A stretch of 64,000 bases of DNA from Clostridiales bacterium (GCA_012837425.1 DURE01000022.1:21067-85066); one strand, 5' to 3'; positions 1 to 9,252 are shown, counted from the stretch's first letter. Translations and numbers: made by a program. Notes: generated by a model not told the origin, from the letters alone.

Positions 1-66
1 GGGGATTTTACAGCTTGCTTTATAACTCACAGTTCGACCAGTAATTTCGGCCTGACAAATTGGAGC

Positions 67-95
67 TTGACAAAAAAGGGTTATAGGTATACTAT
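67..95 (+). promoter_or_regulatory. putative sigma-A type promoter upstream of ktrB
   Basis: TTGACA at 67-72 and TACTAT at 90-95 with a 17-nt spacer, about 55 nt upstream of the ATG at 153. Confidence 0.4.
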
Positions 96-152
96 ATAGC
101 AGACGGGAATTTATAACAATATCCGCATTCGGTCAGGGTAGGCGAGGCTGGG

Positions 153-1508
153 ATGAAAAGCAAAATTCAGCAGGGTAAAAGGCGCCGCGGAACCGGCATT
201 ATTGCCGCCGGTTTTCTGTTGGTCATTCTTGCCGGCGCTGTACTGTTGATGCTGCCGGTCTCCTCAGCCGACCGGAGCTTTACAAATCCGCTCGATGCCG
301 TCTTCACCGCCGTTAGCGCTACCTGCGTCACCGGGCTTGTCACGCTCGACACGGCGACACACTGGAGTCTTTTCGGGCAGATTGTTATTCTTATCATGAT
401 TCAGACCGGCGGGCTCGGGTTTATGACGGTGGCGGTGCTGCTCTCAATGTTGGTCGGGCGGACGGTCACGCCCCGGGAGCGTATGCTGCTCGGGATGTCC
501 TTCAGTCTCGGCAGGTATGAAAAGCTCAGCGATATACTTAACAGAATAGTGGTGGGCACATTCTGTTTCGAGCTGGCAGGCGCGCTGCTGCTCTCGACCA
601 GGTTCATACCCCGCTTCGGATTCCTGGACGGCATATACAAAAGCATCTTTCACTCGGTATCGGCCTTCTGCAACGCGGGTTTTGACCTTTTAGGCGGATA
701 TGACGGTATGTCACAGACCTTCGGGGGAGACCTTGTGGTCTGTGTCACGCTGATGCTGCTTGTTGTGGTCGGCGGCATCGGCTTTGTTGTATGGGACGAC
801 CTTGCCGACAGGATACTGAAAAAAAGGCGGCTGCCGGTCTATTCCCGCCTTGTTCTGATTGTCACCGCGCTACTGCTCGCCGTCGGCACGGCAGCTTTTG
901 CAGCACTTGAATGGCATAACCCCGGGACTATAGGGGGCCTTCCGGCAGGCAAAAAGCTGCTTTTTGCGGCTTTCCAGTCGGTCAATCTTCGCACCGCCGG
1001 ATTTACAATCATAAATCAGGCGCATTTGTCGGAGAGCTCGCAGCTTCTCTCGGTTCTTCTGATGTTCATAGGCGGGGCCTCGGGCTCCCCCGCCGGGGGC
1101 GTCAAGGTGGCGACCGTAGGCGTCCTGTTCTATACAATCTGGTCAGTTTCAATCGGCAATAAAGACGCGGTCCTGTTCGGGCGGAAAATTTCGGCCGAGA
1201 GCTTTACGCGCGCGGTGGCCGTGGTCGGGTTTCAGTCGACACTGATATTTGCCGGGGCTCTTGCTATTCTGGCCTCGAAGGACTGCAGCATCATGGACGC
1301 CGTGTTTGAGGCCACCTCGACTGTCAGCACTACAGGGCTGACACTCGGAATCACGCCGGCGCTCGGCTGGGTGGGCAAGGCCGCGGCAATGCTTATGATG
1401 TACCTCGGACGCGTAGGCATTTTAACCGTGACATACTCGGTTATGTTCAGCCTGCGCGAGAGCCGGTCTACCATAAGCTACCCGGACGCCAATATGCTCA
1501 TAGGCTGA
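153..1508 (+). CDS. ktrB: potassium uptake protein, TrkH/KtrB family membrane subunit
   Basis: 451-aa polytopic ORF with repeated pore-loop-like segments (QTGGLGF, RTAGF, GGASGSPAGGVKV, STTGLT). RBS GGCGAGG lies just upstream. It is followed 30 nt later by an RCK-domain partner. Confidence 0.9.
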   Translation: MKSKIQQGKRRRGTGIIAAGFLLVILAGAVLLMLPVSSADRSFTNPLDAVFTAVSATCVTGLVTLDTATHWSLFGQIVILIMIQTGGLGFMTVAVLLSMLVGRTVTPRERMLLGMSFSLGRYEKLSDILNRIVVGTFCFELAGALLLSTRFIPRFGFLDGIYKSIFHSVSAFCNAGFDLLGGYDGMSQTFGGDLVVCVTLMLLVVVGGIGFVVWDDLADRILKKRRLPVYSRLVLIVTALLLAVGTAAFAALEWHNPGTIGGLPAGKKLLFAAFQSVNLRTAGFTIINQAHLSESSQLLSVLLMFIGGASGSPAGGVKVATVGVLFYTIWSVSIGNKDAVLFGRKISAESFTRAVAVVGFQSTLIFAGALAILASKDCSIMDAVFEATSTVSTTGLTLGITPALGWVGKAAAMLMMYLGRVGILTVTYSVMFSLRESRSTISYPDANMLIG

Positions 1509-1537
1509 TCCGGTAATTTTAATGGGGGAGTAATTAT

Positions 1538-2191
1538 ATGAAAAGCTTTTGCGTCATAGGGCTCGGGAAATTCGGCCAGTCGCTCGCCGAAACTCTTGCC
1601 GGGGCGGGGTGCCAGGTTATGATAATCGACACCGACGCTGACAAGGTCACTGCCATGGCCGACATCGTAACCAACGCGGTCATCGGTGACCCGACCAACG
1701 AGTCAGTGCTCCGCGCGGCCGGAATCAGCGACTACGAGTGCGCCATAGTCTGCCTGACCTCGAATATCAACGCAAATGTGCTGCTCACAATTATACTAAA
1801 GGAGCTCGGGGTAAAAAAGGTGGTCGCGCGCGCGCTCAACGAGGGGCACCGGAAGGTGCTCGAACGCATTGGCGCCGACATGATAGTTTTCCCCGAGCAG
1901 GATATGGGCGAGAAGCTCGGCTATATGCTGACAAGGGACAATGTGACCGACTTTATCGAGTTTTCGGGGTATAAGATAATTGAGCTGGCCGTGCCCGGGG
2001 ACTGGCTGGGCAGGAGTCTGGTCGACCTTGAGCTGCGCCGTAACTTCAGCGTGAACGTCGTGGCGGTGTCGCTTGCCGACGGCAGTGTGGATGTCCCGCC
2101 CCAGCCGACCCGGGTATTTACGCCCGGGGACAAGGTCACGATTATAGGAACCGATAAGGATATTGACAGGCTGATGAAGCAGCTTAAATAA
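1538..2191 (+). CDS. ktrA: potassium uptake regulatory subunit, single-RCK KtrA/TrkA-N type
   Basis: 217 aa with an N-terminal Rossmann motif (VIGLGKFG) and a C-terminal RCK_C-like region. GGGGGAG RBS upstream. Its size fits KtrA rather than the double-RCK TrkA. Confidence 0.88.
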   Translation: MKSFCVIGLGKFGQSLAETLAGAGCQVMIIDTDADKVTAMADIVTNAVIGDPTNESVLRAAGISDYECAIVCLTSNINANVLLTIILKELGVKKVVARALNEGHRKVLERIGADMIVFPEQDMGEKLGYMLTRDNVTDFIEFSGYKIIELAVPGDWLGRSLVDLELRRNFSVNVVAVSLADGSVDVPPQPTRVFTPGDKVTIIGTDKDIDRLMKQLK

Positions 2192-2197
2192 GATAAA

Positions 2198-2236
2198 GCC
2201 GCCGTAAAGCAAGCTTCCGGCGGCTGCAAATTTTTA
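2198..2236 (+). terminator. probable rho-independent terminator after ktrA
   Basis: GCCGCCG (2198-2204) pairs with CGGCGGC (2218-2224) and is followed by a T-rich tract. Confidence 0.5.
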
Positions 2237-2288
2237 TAGTATACGCAAGGCCCAAAGGCCGCTTATTAATTTAAAGCTGAATAAAATT

Positions 2289-3431
2289 CTATTCTTCCAC
2301 ATAGGACTGTTTGAGCAAATCCGGCATATTGTCGAGCATATTCTCGATAAATATCCCGTACCCGCGGGTTGGGTCGTTTATGAGCACATGCGTCACTGCT
2401 CCGATGATGCGGCCGTTCTGGATAATCGGGCTGCCCGACATGCCCTGTATAATACCGCCGGTTTTTTCGAGCAGGGCCGGGTCGGTCACGGTTATGGTAA
2501 AGCACTTGTTTGAGTCCGACCCGGTGTTTATCGCCGAGATCTCGACAGTATATTTGCTAACACTGTTTGTGTCAAGCGTGCACCAGATATAGGCCTCGCC
2601 CTCCTTGACCTGACATTTTGAGGCGGCGGGCAGCGGGTCTTCGGGGATGCTTTTGGGCAACTCGTTGAATACGCCGTACACACCGTGTTCGGTGTTGCCC
2701 AGAAGGGTCCCGCATTTGCCCGAGCTGAAATAGCCCTTGATCTCTCCTGGGTCGCCCGGCAGCCCGCGCGTCAGCCCGCTGATTGTGACCGCCGTGACTA
2801 TACCGCGCTGCATGGGAATCAGCTCTCCGGTTTCGCTGTCACAGATGCCGTGTCCCAGCCCGGCAAAGGAGTAGTCGGAGGGGACAATGAAGGTCACAGT
2901 GCCTATACCGGCCCCGCTGTCGCGCACCCATATCCCGGTTTTATACCTGCCGTCGGCCTCGCTGTATACCGGGGTCAGAGTGACGGTATATTCGCGGGAA
3001 TCTCTCATATAGGTCAGTGTTACAGGCTTGCCGCCGCTTTTTTCGATTGTGGCGGTGAGCTGGGCCGCACAAAGCAGCTCATCGCCGTTTATCGCGGTTA
3101 TTATATCCTTAACCCGGATACCTGCGCTGTATGCCGGGTTTTGCGCGCCTGTGCCGTTGTTTATATCACAGAAACCGACGACGACCACTCCGTCGGTGAA
3201 AAACTTGACTCCGAATGGCATACCGCCGGGATATAGCTTGATTGAATTAATGTTTTTTGAAGCCGCCGGGGTACCGAAGCCGAAATCGTCGATATAAATC
3301 GATGCAAAAAGCGAGCCTCCGGCGGGCTCACCCGCAGCCCCGCCGCTGACATTGAAAAGGCCGGTAAGCGCCGAGGTCAATATCAGCAGGGAGGCAAAGA
3401 GGGCGGCGACTTTTTTTGTTTTGTTAATCAT
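2289..3431 (-). CDS. spoIVB: SpoIVB peptidase (S55 sporulation signalling protease)
   Basis: 380 aa with an N-terminal signal anchor and a PDZ-like middle. The C-terminal block QGMSGSPIIQNGRIIGAVTHVLINDPTRGYGIFIENML closely matches the Bacillus subtilis SpoIVB catalytic-Ser region. Confidence 0.93.
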   Translation of the reverse strand: MINKTKKVAALFASLLILTSALTGLFNVSGGAAGEPAGGSLFASIYIDDFGFGTPAASKNINSIKLYPGGMPFGVKFFTDGVVVVGFCDINNGTGAQNPAYSAGIRVKDIITAINGDELLCAAQLTATIEKSGGKPVTLTYMRDSREYTVTLTPVYSEADGRYKTGIWVRDSGAGIGTVTFIVPSDYSFAGLGHGICDSETGELIPMQRGIVTAVTISGLTRGLPGDPGEIKGYFSSGKCGTLLGNTEHGVYGVFNELPKSIPEDPLPAASKCQVKEGEAYIWCTLDTNSVSKYTVEISAINTGSDSNKCFTITVTDPALLEKTGGIIQGMSGSPIIQNGRIIGAVTHVLINDPTRGYGIFIENMLDNMPDLLKQSYVEE

Positions 3432-3935
3432 GGGGATTTACCTTCGTTCTGGGGATTTGTAATCGCGGTGGAGCAGCTTCCGGCTTTTTCATCTTATGCC
3501 ATAAAACATGGCGATACCGCCTGAATGCTCCGATATTAATTTGTGTCGCCATGGCGGCTTTGATGTTTAACAAATTTATTTCTACAAGGCAATATTTTTT
3601 TGCGCCTGAGCAAAAAATATGTACATTTTTATTGACTGTCCGGATACATAAAGCTATTGTCGCTTTACAGATAAAAACAAATCAAACACCGTTAATGAAA
3701 CCGAGGCAGCATAATACCGCGCGAGCCGTAACTTCCCTTGAGTAAATTCGTCAAGCTGCGGGTTGGAGTGCAATTCTGATACTACTGTTGACCAAAATGT
3801 GCGTCGATATGCTGTAGCGCGCCCATTTATCATGAAAAAATCGGCAATAATTCTCATTTCCTTATAAATAATAATATCGGCTCCCCGGGATATTTTCATT
3901 CAGAAAAAATACTTGTATATACCGGCCCGAAAACA

Positions 3936-3970
3936 ATAAAAAGGCTCCGGATAATTTCCGGAACCTTTTT
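3936..3970. terminator. bidirectional hairpin terminator downstream of the HPr-like gene
   Basis: GGCTCCGGA (3943-3951) pairs with TCCGGAACC (3957-3965) with one mismatch. An A-run lies on the left and a T-run on the right. Confidence 0.6.
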
Positions 3971-4056
3971 CCAGCAGTTGATTTTTAAGTTTTTTGGAAC
4001 TTTTCTCAAAAGCCACAGAACAGGGGTGAGGGGGAAAACTCCCGCAATTTTGATTG

Positions 4057-4287
4057 TTATTCTGCGATATAGGGCTTAATCGCTTCGAGAAGTCCGTCGG
4101 CATTCCCCGAATGTATTGTCAGAGTTATGGGCGAGAGCAAATCAAGGCTGAAAATACCTATAATTGATTTCGCGTCAACGACATAACGACCCGATGAGAG
4201 GTCGATATCCCCGTCATAAGCGGTTGCTATACCCACAAAATTCTGCACGTCGCGGATTGTAGACAATTGAATCTTTACGCTCTTCAT
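4057..4287 (-). CDS. HPr-family phosphocarrier-like protein lacking the His15 phosphorylation site
   Basis: 76 aa from an internal ATG at 4287, with AAGGAGGA 8 nt upstream. It aligns by eye to HPr: TIRDVQN where HPr has GIHARPA, and DAKSIIGIFSL where HPr has NLKSIMGVMSL. The longer 142-aa track ORF has no RBS. Confidence 0.7.
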   Translation of the reverse strand: MKSVKIQLSTIRDVQNFVGIATAYDGDIDLSSGRYVVDAKSIIGIFSLDLLSPITLTIHSGNADGLLEAIKPYIAE

Positions 4288-4410
4288 CTGTAAATCCTCC
4301 TTCAATGGGCCGGTGTTTTTCAGTCGGCCGGGAAACGGCCGCCCCGCCGGGAACCTTTGCTCAATTATTGTAGCATTATTTTCATGGTTTGTCAATGATT
4401 TAAGACAAGC

Positions 4411-4439
4411 TTGACAAATAAAAACATGTACTCTATAAT
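4411..4439 (+). promoter_or_regulatory. consensus sigma-A promoter for the 4478 ORF
   Basis: TTGACA (4411-4416), exact 17-nt spacer, TATAAT (4434-4439). Confidence 0.7.
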
Positions 4440-4477
4440 TGTTGTAGTGAACTATTGACAGTTTTTCGGGTGGTGTT

Positions 4478-4882
4478 ATGAGCAAGGGAAAAAGCCGCGA
4501 GGGCCGCCGATACCGGGACGCCGAGCTTGCCTTCAGGCGCTATGCAGGGTACGGGCTTGACCGGCGTCGGCGTGGGCTTGACATGTTTGAGGTCTGCGAC
4601 GCCATACGCGGCCTGTGCAGCGGGCAGAGCGCATATGACATGCTGGCGGTATACGATACCCTGCGGCTGCTTGCGGCCGCAGGGCAGGAAGAGTGCGCCG
4701 AGGCGGTTCGGGCGGTCTACTTTGCCGGCGGCGGGCGCAGGCCGCGGCGCAACGACGTCACCTTCAGAGTAAGGCGGCATGCCTATGAGACGAGCTTTGA
4801 CGAGAGAACAGTCTACCGGCAGCTCCGGCGGGCCAAGGAGATGTACCGGCTACTCAGATACGGCAGCTCCGGCCGGGAATAA
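4478..4882 (+). CDS. hypothetical basic protein with a C-terminal sigma-70 region-4-like HTH
   Basis: 134 aa, Arg-rich. The C-terminal segment SFDERTVYRQLRRAKEMYRLL resembles a sigma region 4 or ArpU-type HTH. A perfect promoter lies about 40 nt upstream. No family was recognised with certainty. Confidence 0.5.
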   Translation: MSKGKSREGRRYRDAELAFRRYAGYGLDRRRRGLDMFEVCDAIRGLCSGQSAYDMLAVYDTLRLLAAAGQEECAEAVRAVYFAGGGRRPRRNDVTFRVRRHAYETSFDERTVYRQLRRAKEMYRLLRYGSSGRE

Positions 4883-5061
4883 AGGCATTCGGGCAGCGCT
4901 ATGGCTGAGGCACCCGGAATCCGGCCGGATTTATTTTTCGCTTGCGCCGGGAGCCGTGATGTGATAGAATTATAATAATTCCGAGGAGGATACCCCGCCG
5001 CCGGAATTTTGCGGCAGCGCCGGCCGGGGTGCGAATTTTTATGTGAAGGGGAGGGGAGTAT

Positions 5062-6459
5062 ATGCTGTTTGCGTCGGCTGCGTTTTTGTTTATATTTCTG
5101 CCGCTGGCGCTGGCACTATACATGCTGGTTTCGGAAAGCATAAAAAAGCATGTGCTCCTTTTGTCCGGCTTGCTTTTTTATGTTTTCGCCAATCTTGCCA
5201 CCCCGCTTACCATACCTATATTTGCGACGGTTTTTCTCATAACCCATTTTGCGGGGGGGTATGTTGCGAAAACCGGCAACCGGGCGCTGACCTTTTGCGT
5301 CGTGTTTTTTGATGTCGCTGCATTTGTTGTGCTGCGGCTGCTCTATGAGTCACAGGAAATAAATTTCAGGTTCCCGCTGGGGGCCGCGATATATCTTTTG
5401 GCCTCGGTGTCGTATATACTCGACATCAGGCGGGGTGACTGCAGCCCCGGACGACCGACAGACACGCTTTTGTATCTCAGCTTTTTCCCGGTAATCGTGG
5501 CCGGGCCGGTGATAAAATACAAGGACTTTGTCAAATATATCGGCGACATAAAAATCAGCATTGCCAATTTCGCCGGCGGGGCACGGCTTTTTATGGCCGG
5601 GTTCATTGAGACGGTTGCGGTGGCGGCGGTGATGGGCGAGGCCTACAAAACCATTGTTGAGCTGAGCGGGCACAGCCTGAATGTGGCCCTCGGAGTGCTC
5701 GCCGCGGTGCTGGCGATGATCTCGGGATTTTTCACGGTAGCCGGCTGGACCGACATAGGCACCGGTATTGCAATGATGTTTGGGATTATGATTCCGCGGG
5801 ACTGCGGGTTTGCCCCCGGAGCATTGACCCCGCTCGGGCATTTTCAGAGGATTCTGCGCGGGCTCCGGGGCTGGCTTGACGATTATATAATCGCCCCTGT
5901 AACACGGGTGACAAGGCTCAGGGGGAAGCCGGCGGAGGCGCTCGGTGTGTTTTTGCAGGTAGTCCTGGTAGCGCTTTGGCTCAGAACCACCTCAGCAATG
6001 CTATATGTTGCGCTGGTTGTGGCGGGTATGGCCGCTCTTTCCCGTGTGACCGGTTATGATGAAGCCATGGGAAAAAAGCGCTACCTCTGGCCGGTCGGCT
6101 GGCTGCTTGCCACCGCGCTTATGTCTGTCTTTTGGACCTCGGCGACACTGTCGGGGGCGGGCGGGCTTTTGGCGATGCTCGGGAAGCTCAGTATAACACA
6201 GGATTTCCGGACCTACTATATCTATATCTCGCTCTCGGGCTGGGAATTCATATCGGTGGCGGCAGCTGCATTCCTTTTGATTGTCCCGGTGTCCTTTTTT
6301 CAGGAGCCGATACTGACGCATACACCGAAAGGGCTCCGGACAAGTATTGAGGCGCTTTTTATGCTGGTGCTGATTTGTGCCTTTGTATTTAGTATTTTGT
6401 ACTTCATGCCGCAGTACCCGGGGTTTGCTGTCCGCATATCCGAGTATTTTGCCTTCTAA
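5062..6459 (+). CDS. MBOAT family membrane O-acyltransferase homologue (AlgI/DltB/PatA-like), with catalytic His positions apparently substituted
   Basis: 465-aa polytopic protein with an N-terminus MLFASAAFLFIFLPLALALY and a block LSFFPVIVAGPVIKYKDF typical of AlgI/DltB. Strong RBS GGGGAGGGGAG. See findings for the His-to-Leu observation. Confidence 0.8.
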   Translation: MLFASAAFLFIFLPLALALYMLVSESIKKHVLLLSGLLFYVFANLATPLTIPIFATVFLITHFAGGYVAKTGNRALTFCVVFFDVAAFVVLRLLYESQEINFRFPLGAAIYLLASVSYILDIRRGDCSPGRPTDTLLYLSFFPVIVAGPVIKYKDFVKYIGDIKISIANFAGGARLFMAGFIETVAVAAVMGEAYKTIVELSGHSLNVALGVLAAVLAMISGFFTVAGWTDIGTGIAMMFGIMIPRDCGFAPGALTPLGHFQRILRGLRGWLDDYIIAPVTRVTRLRGKPAEALGVFLQVVLVALWLRTTSAMLYVALVVAGMAALSRVTGYDEAMGKKRYLWPVGWLLATALMSVFWTSATLSGAGGLLAMLGKLSITQDFRTYYIYISLSGWEFISVAAAAFLLIVPVSFFQEPILTHTPKGLRTSIEALFMLVLICAFVFSILYFMPQYPGFAVRISEYFAF

Positions 6460-6484
6460 AACCTATCAAAAGGAGGGGTGGGAC

Positions 6485-8719
6485 ATGTATAAATCAAAGT
6501 CGGTCGGCGTTGTCTGTGCGACGCTCTTTGTCGGGGTGCTTCTGTCCTGCGCCACCTATTTCGGAATAACCGCTGTCATGCGCCGGGGGGACAGTGACGG
6601 CAGTGCCTCGCGGGCAGAGGGAATATCCTTTGTGCGGTTTTCGGATTCCTTCTACGACAATGAAAACCTTAAAAACTTCATCGGCAGGTGCGAATACCTG
6701 CTCTTCGGCAGTCTGGGCAGCCCCGACATTATACTTGGCAAAAACGGCTTTTTGTTTGACGCGGGAACCGGGGAAAACGGTTACAACTATCTTGAGGACT
6801 ATCTCGGCCTTGGCCAGTTTTATGAGCTTGAGGCGCTTGCAAACACCATAAACATGAGATACCTCGCTTACAAAAATCAGGGGGCTGACTATCTGCTTGT
6901 CGTGATACCGAACGCCCAGACGGTGTACTCTGATTATATGCCCTCCTATATAGGGCCGATAAGCAGCGGCACAAACCTGGGACTTCTCACAGCATACCTC
7001 AAAGACCAGGGATATGACTTTTTCCTCGATGCAAAAGAAGCGCTTGCCGCAGCCCGGCAGAGCGACATGAGGGCGCCGCTCTACAACAACACCGAGAACT
7101 CGCTCAACTCGCTCGGCATTGGTTATCTCTTCGCGGCGGTCTGCGATAAACTCAAAACCCTCTACGGGGTGGAGTGCAGCCATGCCGATGTCAGGGCGAT
7201 GGGGCTGTACACCGGCCTGGCCGACGGCAAGACGCTTGCCCGCAGGGCAGGACTTGGGTCGGTCATCAAAAACAATTCCGTATCGCTCTGGAATAGCGAA
7301 ACCGTCGGGTATTCGAGCGAGAACTATTACGGCAGCATGGTAAAGACCCTGCTTGACAGCAAGTATCTCAGCGAGGCCAATAATAAGACGCTACTGCTCG
7401 AATTTACCGACGAATGGGACAGAATCCAGCTTATGCCCTTCTTTTCCAACACCTTCGGGGAAGTGATATACAAGTCCAACCAGCAGTACAGCAGCATAAT
7501 AGTGAGGAATCTAAAGCCCGACATCGTGGTTCAGTTCGTCCACGAGTATGAGCTGTACGACCTAATCGACCCAAACGTGACCCAGACTTACAATGCGGGG
7601 CTCAGACCCGACATAAAGCCCTATGAAACCTCAAAGCCTATCTGCGTGGCGCAAAGCCGGATTGCCGAGAACAAATTCTGCATCGCCGGGCAGACCGAAA
7701 ACAACGCATATATCACGGTATCGGGTGAAAACATCGGAAGTATCAGCCAGTATGCTGTCGGCAAGCTCTTCTTTATTGAGGTTGACATCGGGGACAGCTC
7801 GACCGAGACCGTGAAAATCACGGCTACTGTCAAGGGGAAAACCCCAAGCGAGCCGGTATATTTGAAACTGAGCCGCAGCAGCGCCACAAAGGCCAGAACC
7901 GTAGCGGTCGGAAAGGATTCGGAGCTGTATTCCTCCGACTACGAATGGTTGAATTTCCTCTCGGACACGCAGCTTGAAGCGCTGCGTGCCGGGCTTGAGC
8001 AGAGGATTAACAAGGCGCGCGAGCTAAGCCGAAGGGACACCGAATTTATATATATGATAGTTCCCGACAAGCTGGCGGTCTACCCTGAAAACGCGCCCGA
8101 CTCGCTTGCCGGAGTGAGGGAGTCGGTTGAGAATTATAAGGCAATGGCAAAGAGCCTGTATGAGAGCGCCGGGGCGACGGCTATCGACCTTACCCAGGAG
8201 CTGCGTGACCGCACCGTGCTTGAGCGGCTTTTCTACCAGACCGACACACTCTGGACCAACTTCGGCGCCTATGTGGGGTACAACTCGCTGGCCAGCAAAA
8301 TTTCAGAGAAATTTGAGAGTGTTAAGGTTTTTAGTCCGAACAGCTTCAGCTACACGCCGAAGGAAACAATCGGCGGCGAGCTGGTCACAAGGCTGGGCAT
8401 CGACGGGGCGGTTATCAGCGAGCCCTATCTTGAAATGAAGCTCAGTCCCGAGTTTTCTGAGGGCGTTCATTACGCCTACAGCGGCGACGGCGGCTTTGAC
8501 ATAAGACGGGCTTTCATTTCCTACGGGGGTGACAGCTCGCTGCCGGTGGCGGTAATAATGCGCGATGCTTTTGGCACCGAGATGCTTGAGAATCTGGCGG
8601 TGCACTTCAGCAAAATGATAGTTCTGGCCGAGGGGCAGTTCAGCGTGGGCGATGAGCTTATTGCCGGGCAGCAGCCCGATTATATTATCACCATCCGCTC
8701 AAACGGCGAGATAGGCTGA
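6485..8719 (+). CDS. membrane-anchored protein with two AlgJ/AlgX/DHHW-like SGNH modules
   Basis: Start chosen at ATG 6485 (RBS AAAGGAGGGG); the track ORF start at 6377 overlaps the MBOAT gene. N-terminal TM helix. Module 1 contains GKNGFLFDAG, LLVVIPNAQTVYSDYMP and LYNNTENSLNSLG. Module 2 contains FIYMIVPDKLAVYPENAP and FYQTDTLWTNFGAYVGY. Confidence 0.65.
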   Translation: MYKSKSVGVVCATLFVGVLLSCATYFGITAVMRRGDSDGSASRAEGISFVRFSDSFYDNENLKNFIGRCEYLLFGSLGSPDIILGKNGFLFDAGTGENGYNYLEDYLGLGQFYELEALANTINMRYLAYKNQGADYLLVVIPNAQTVYSDYMPSYIGPISSGTNLGLLTAYLKDQGYDFFLDAKEALAAARQSDMRAPLYNNTENSLNSLGIGYLFAAVCDKLKTLYGVECSHADVRAMGLYTGLADGKTLARRAGLGSVIKNNSVSLWNSETVGYSSENYYGSMVKTLLDSKYLSEANNKTLLLEFTDEWDRIQLMPFFSNTFGEVIYKSNQQYSSIIVRNLKPDIVVQFVHEYELYDLIDPNVTQTYNAGLRPDIKPYETSKPICVAQSRIAENKFCIAGQTENNAYITVSGENIGSISQYAVGKLFFIEVDIGDSSTETVKITATVKGKTPSEPVYLKLSRSSATKARTVAVGKDSELYSSDYEWLNFLSDTQLEALRAGLEQRINKARELSRRDTEFIYMIVPDKLAVYPENAPDSLAGVRESVENYKAMAKSLYESAGATAIDLTQELRDRTVLERLFYQTDTLWTNFGAYVGYNSLASKISEKFESVKVFSPNSFSYTPKETIGGELVTRLGIDGAVISEPYLEMKLSPEFSEGVHYAYSGDGGFDIRRAFISYGGDSSLPVAVIMRDAFGTEMLENLAVHFSKMIVLAEGQFSVGDELIAGQQPDYIITIRSNGEIG

Positions 8720-8758
8720 AAAAGCAAAAGGGCGGATATAATCCGTCCTTTTTGCTTT
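8720..8758. terminator. bidirectional terminator between the DHHW-like gene and trxA
   Basis: Long imperfect hairpin AAAAGCAAAAGGGCGGAT/ATCCGTCCTTTTTGCTTT with A/T-rich flanks on both sides. Confidence 0.7.
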
Positions 8759-8774
8759 GGTTTGTACTACAGAA

Positions 8775-9098
8775 TCAGAGTCCAAGTGCTTTGAGGAGGC
8801 TGGCTTTGTCGCGGTAGCCCACCGACCGGGCAGCAGGCTGGCCGCCTCTGAACAATATTACCGTGGGAATATTGTGAACCGCATATCTGCCCGCAAGCCC
8901 GGGCTCATTGTCGACATTGACCTTCCCGACCTTTATATCGCTGCGCTCAGCGGCTATCTCCTCGATTACCGGGCCGAGCATGCGACAGGGACCGCACCAG
9001 GGCGCCCAGAAGTCGACCAGTACTGGCTTATCCGAATTCAGCACCTCGGAGTCGAAATTCTGATTTGTTATTATCAGTTCTGTTTTTATTCCTTCCAT
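8775..9098 (-). CDS. trxA: thioredoxin
   Basis: Contains the WCGPC active site (VDFWAPWCGPCRML). The start at 9098 gives 107 aa with an AAAGGA RBS. An alternative upstream ATG at 9260 would add a 54-aa low-complexity extension and overlaps the upstream gene's stop. Confidence 0.85.
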   Translation of the reverse strand: MEGIKTELIITNQNFDSEVLNSDKPVLVDFWAPWCGPCRMLGPVIEEIAAERSDIKVGKVNVDNEPGLAGRYAVHNIPTVILFRGGQPAARSVGYRDKASLLKALGL

Positions 9099-9252
9099 TG
9101 CATTTACATCCTTTTCTTTTATGTTGTTTTCTTTGGTTTCGTTTGTTTGAGCGTCGGTTTTGTCTCCGGCACTCCCGCCGTCCGGAGAGGTGCAGTCACA
9201 GGGCTGAAAAAGTCGCAGCACTTCGGCAAGGAGTTCGGCTATTCGGTTTCGG

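Noticed and set aside
1-152. A possible c-di-AMP (ydaO/kimA-type) riboswitch upstream of the ktrB potassium transporter gene.
   Set aside because: The stretch between the promoter-like element and the ATG is only about 55 nt, which is too short for that aptamer. I see no convincing conserved ACGGGGA/CCCGA-type pairs. The window edge also truncates the upstream context.
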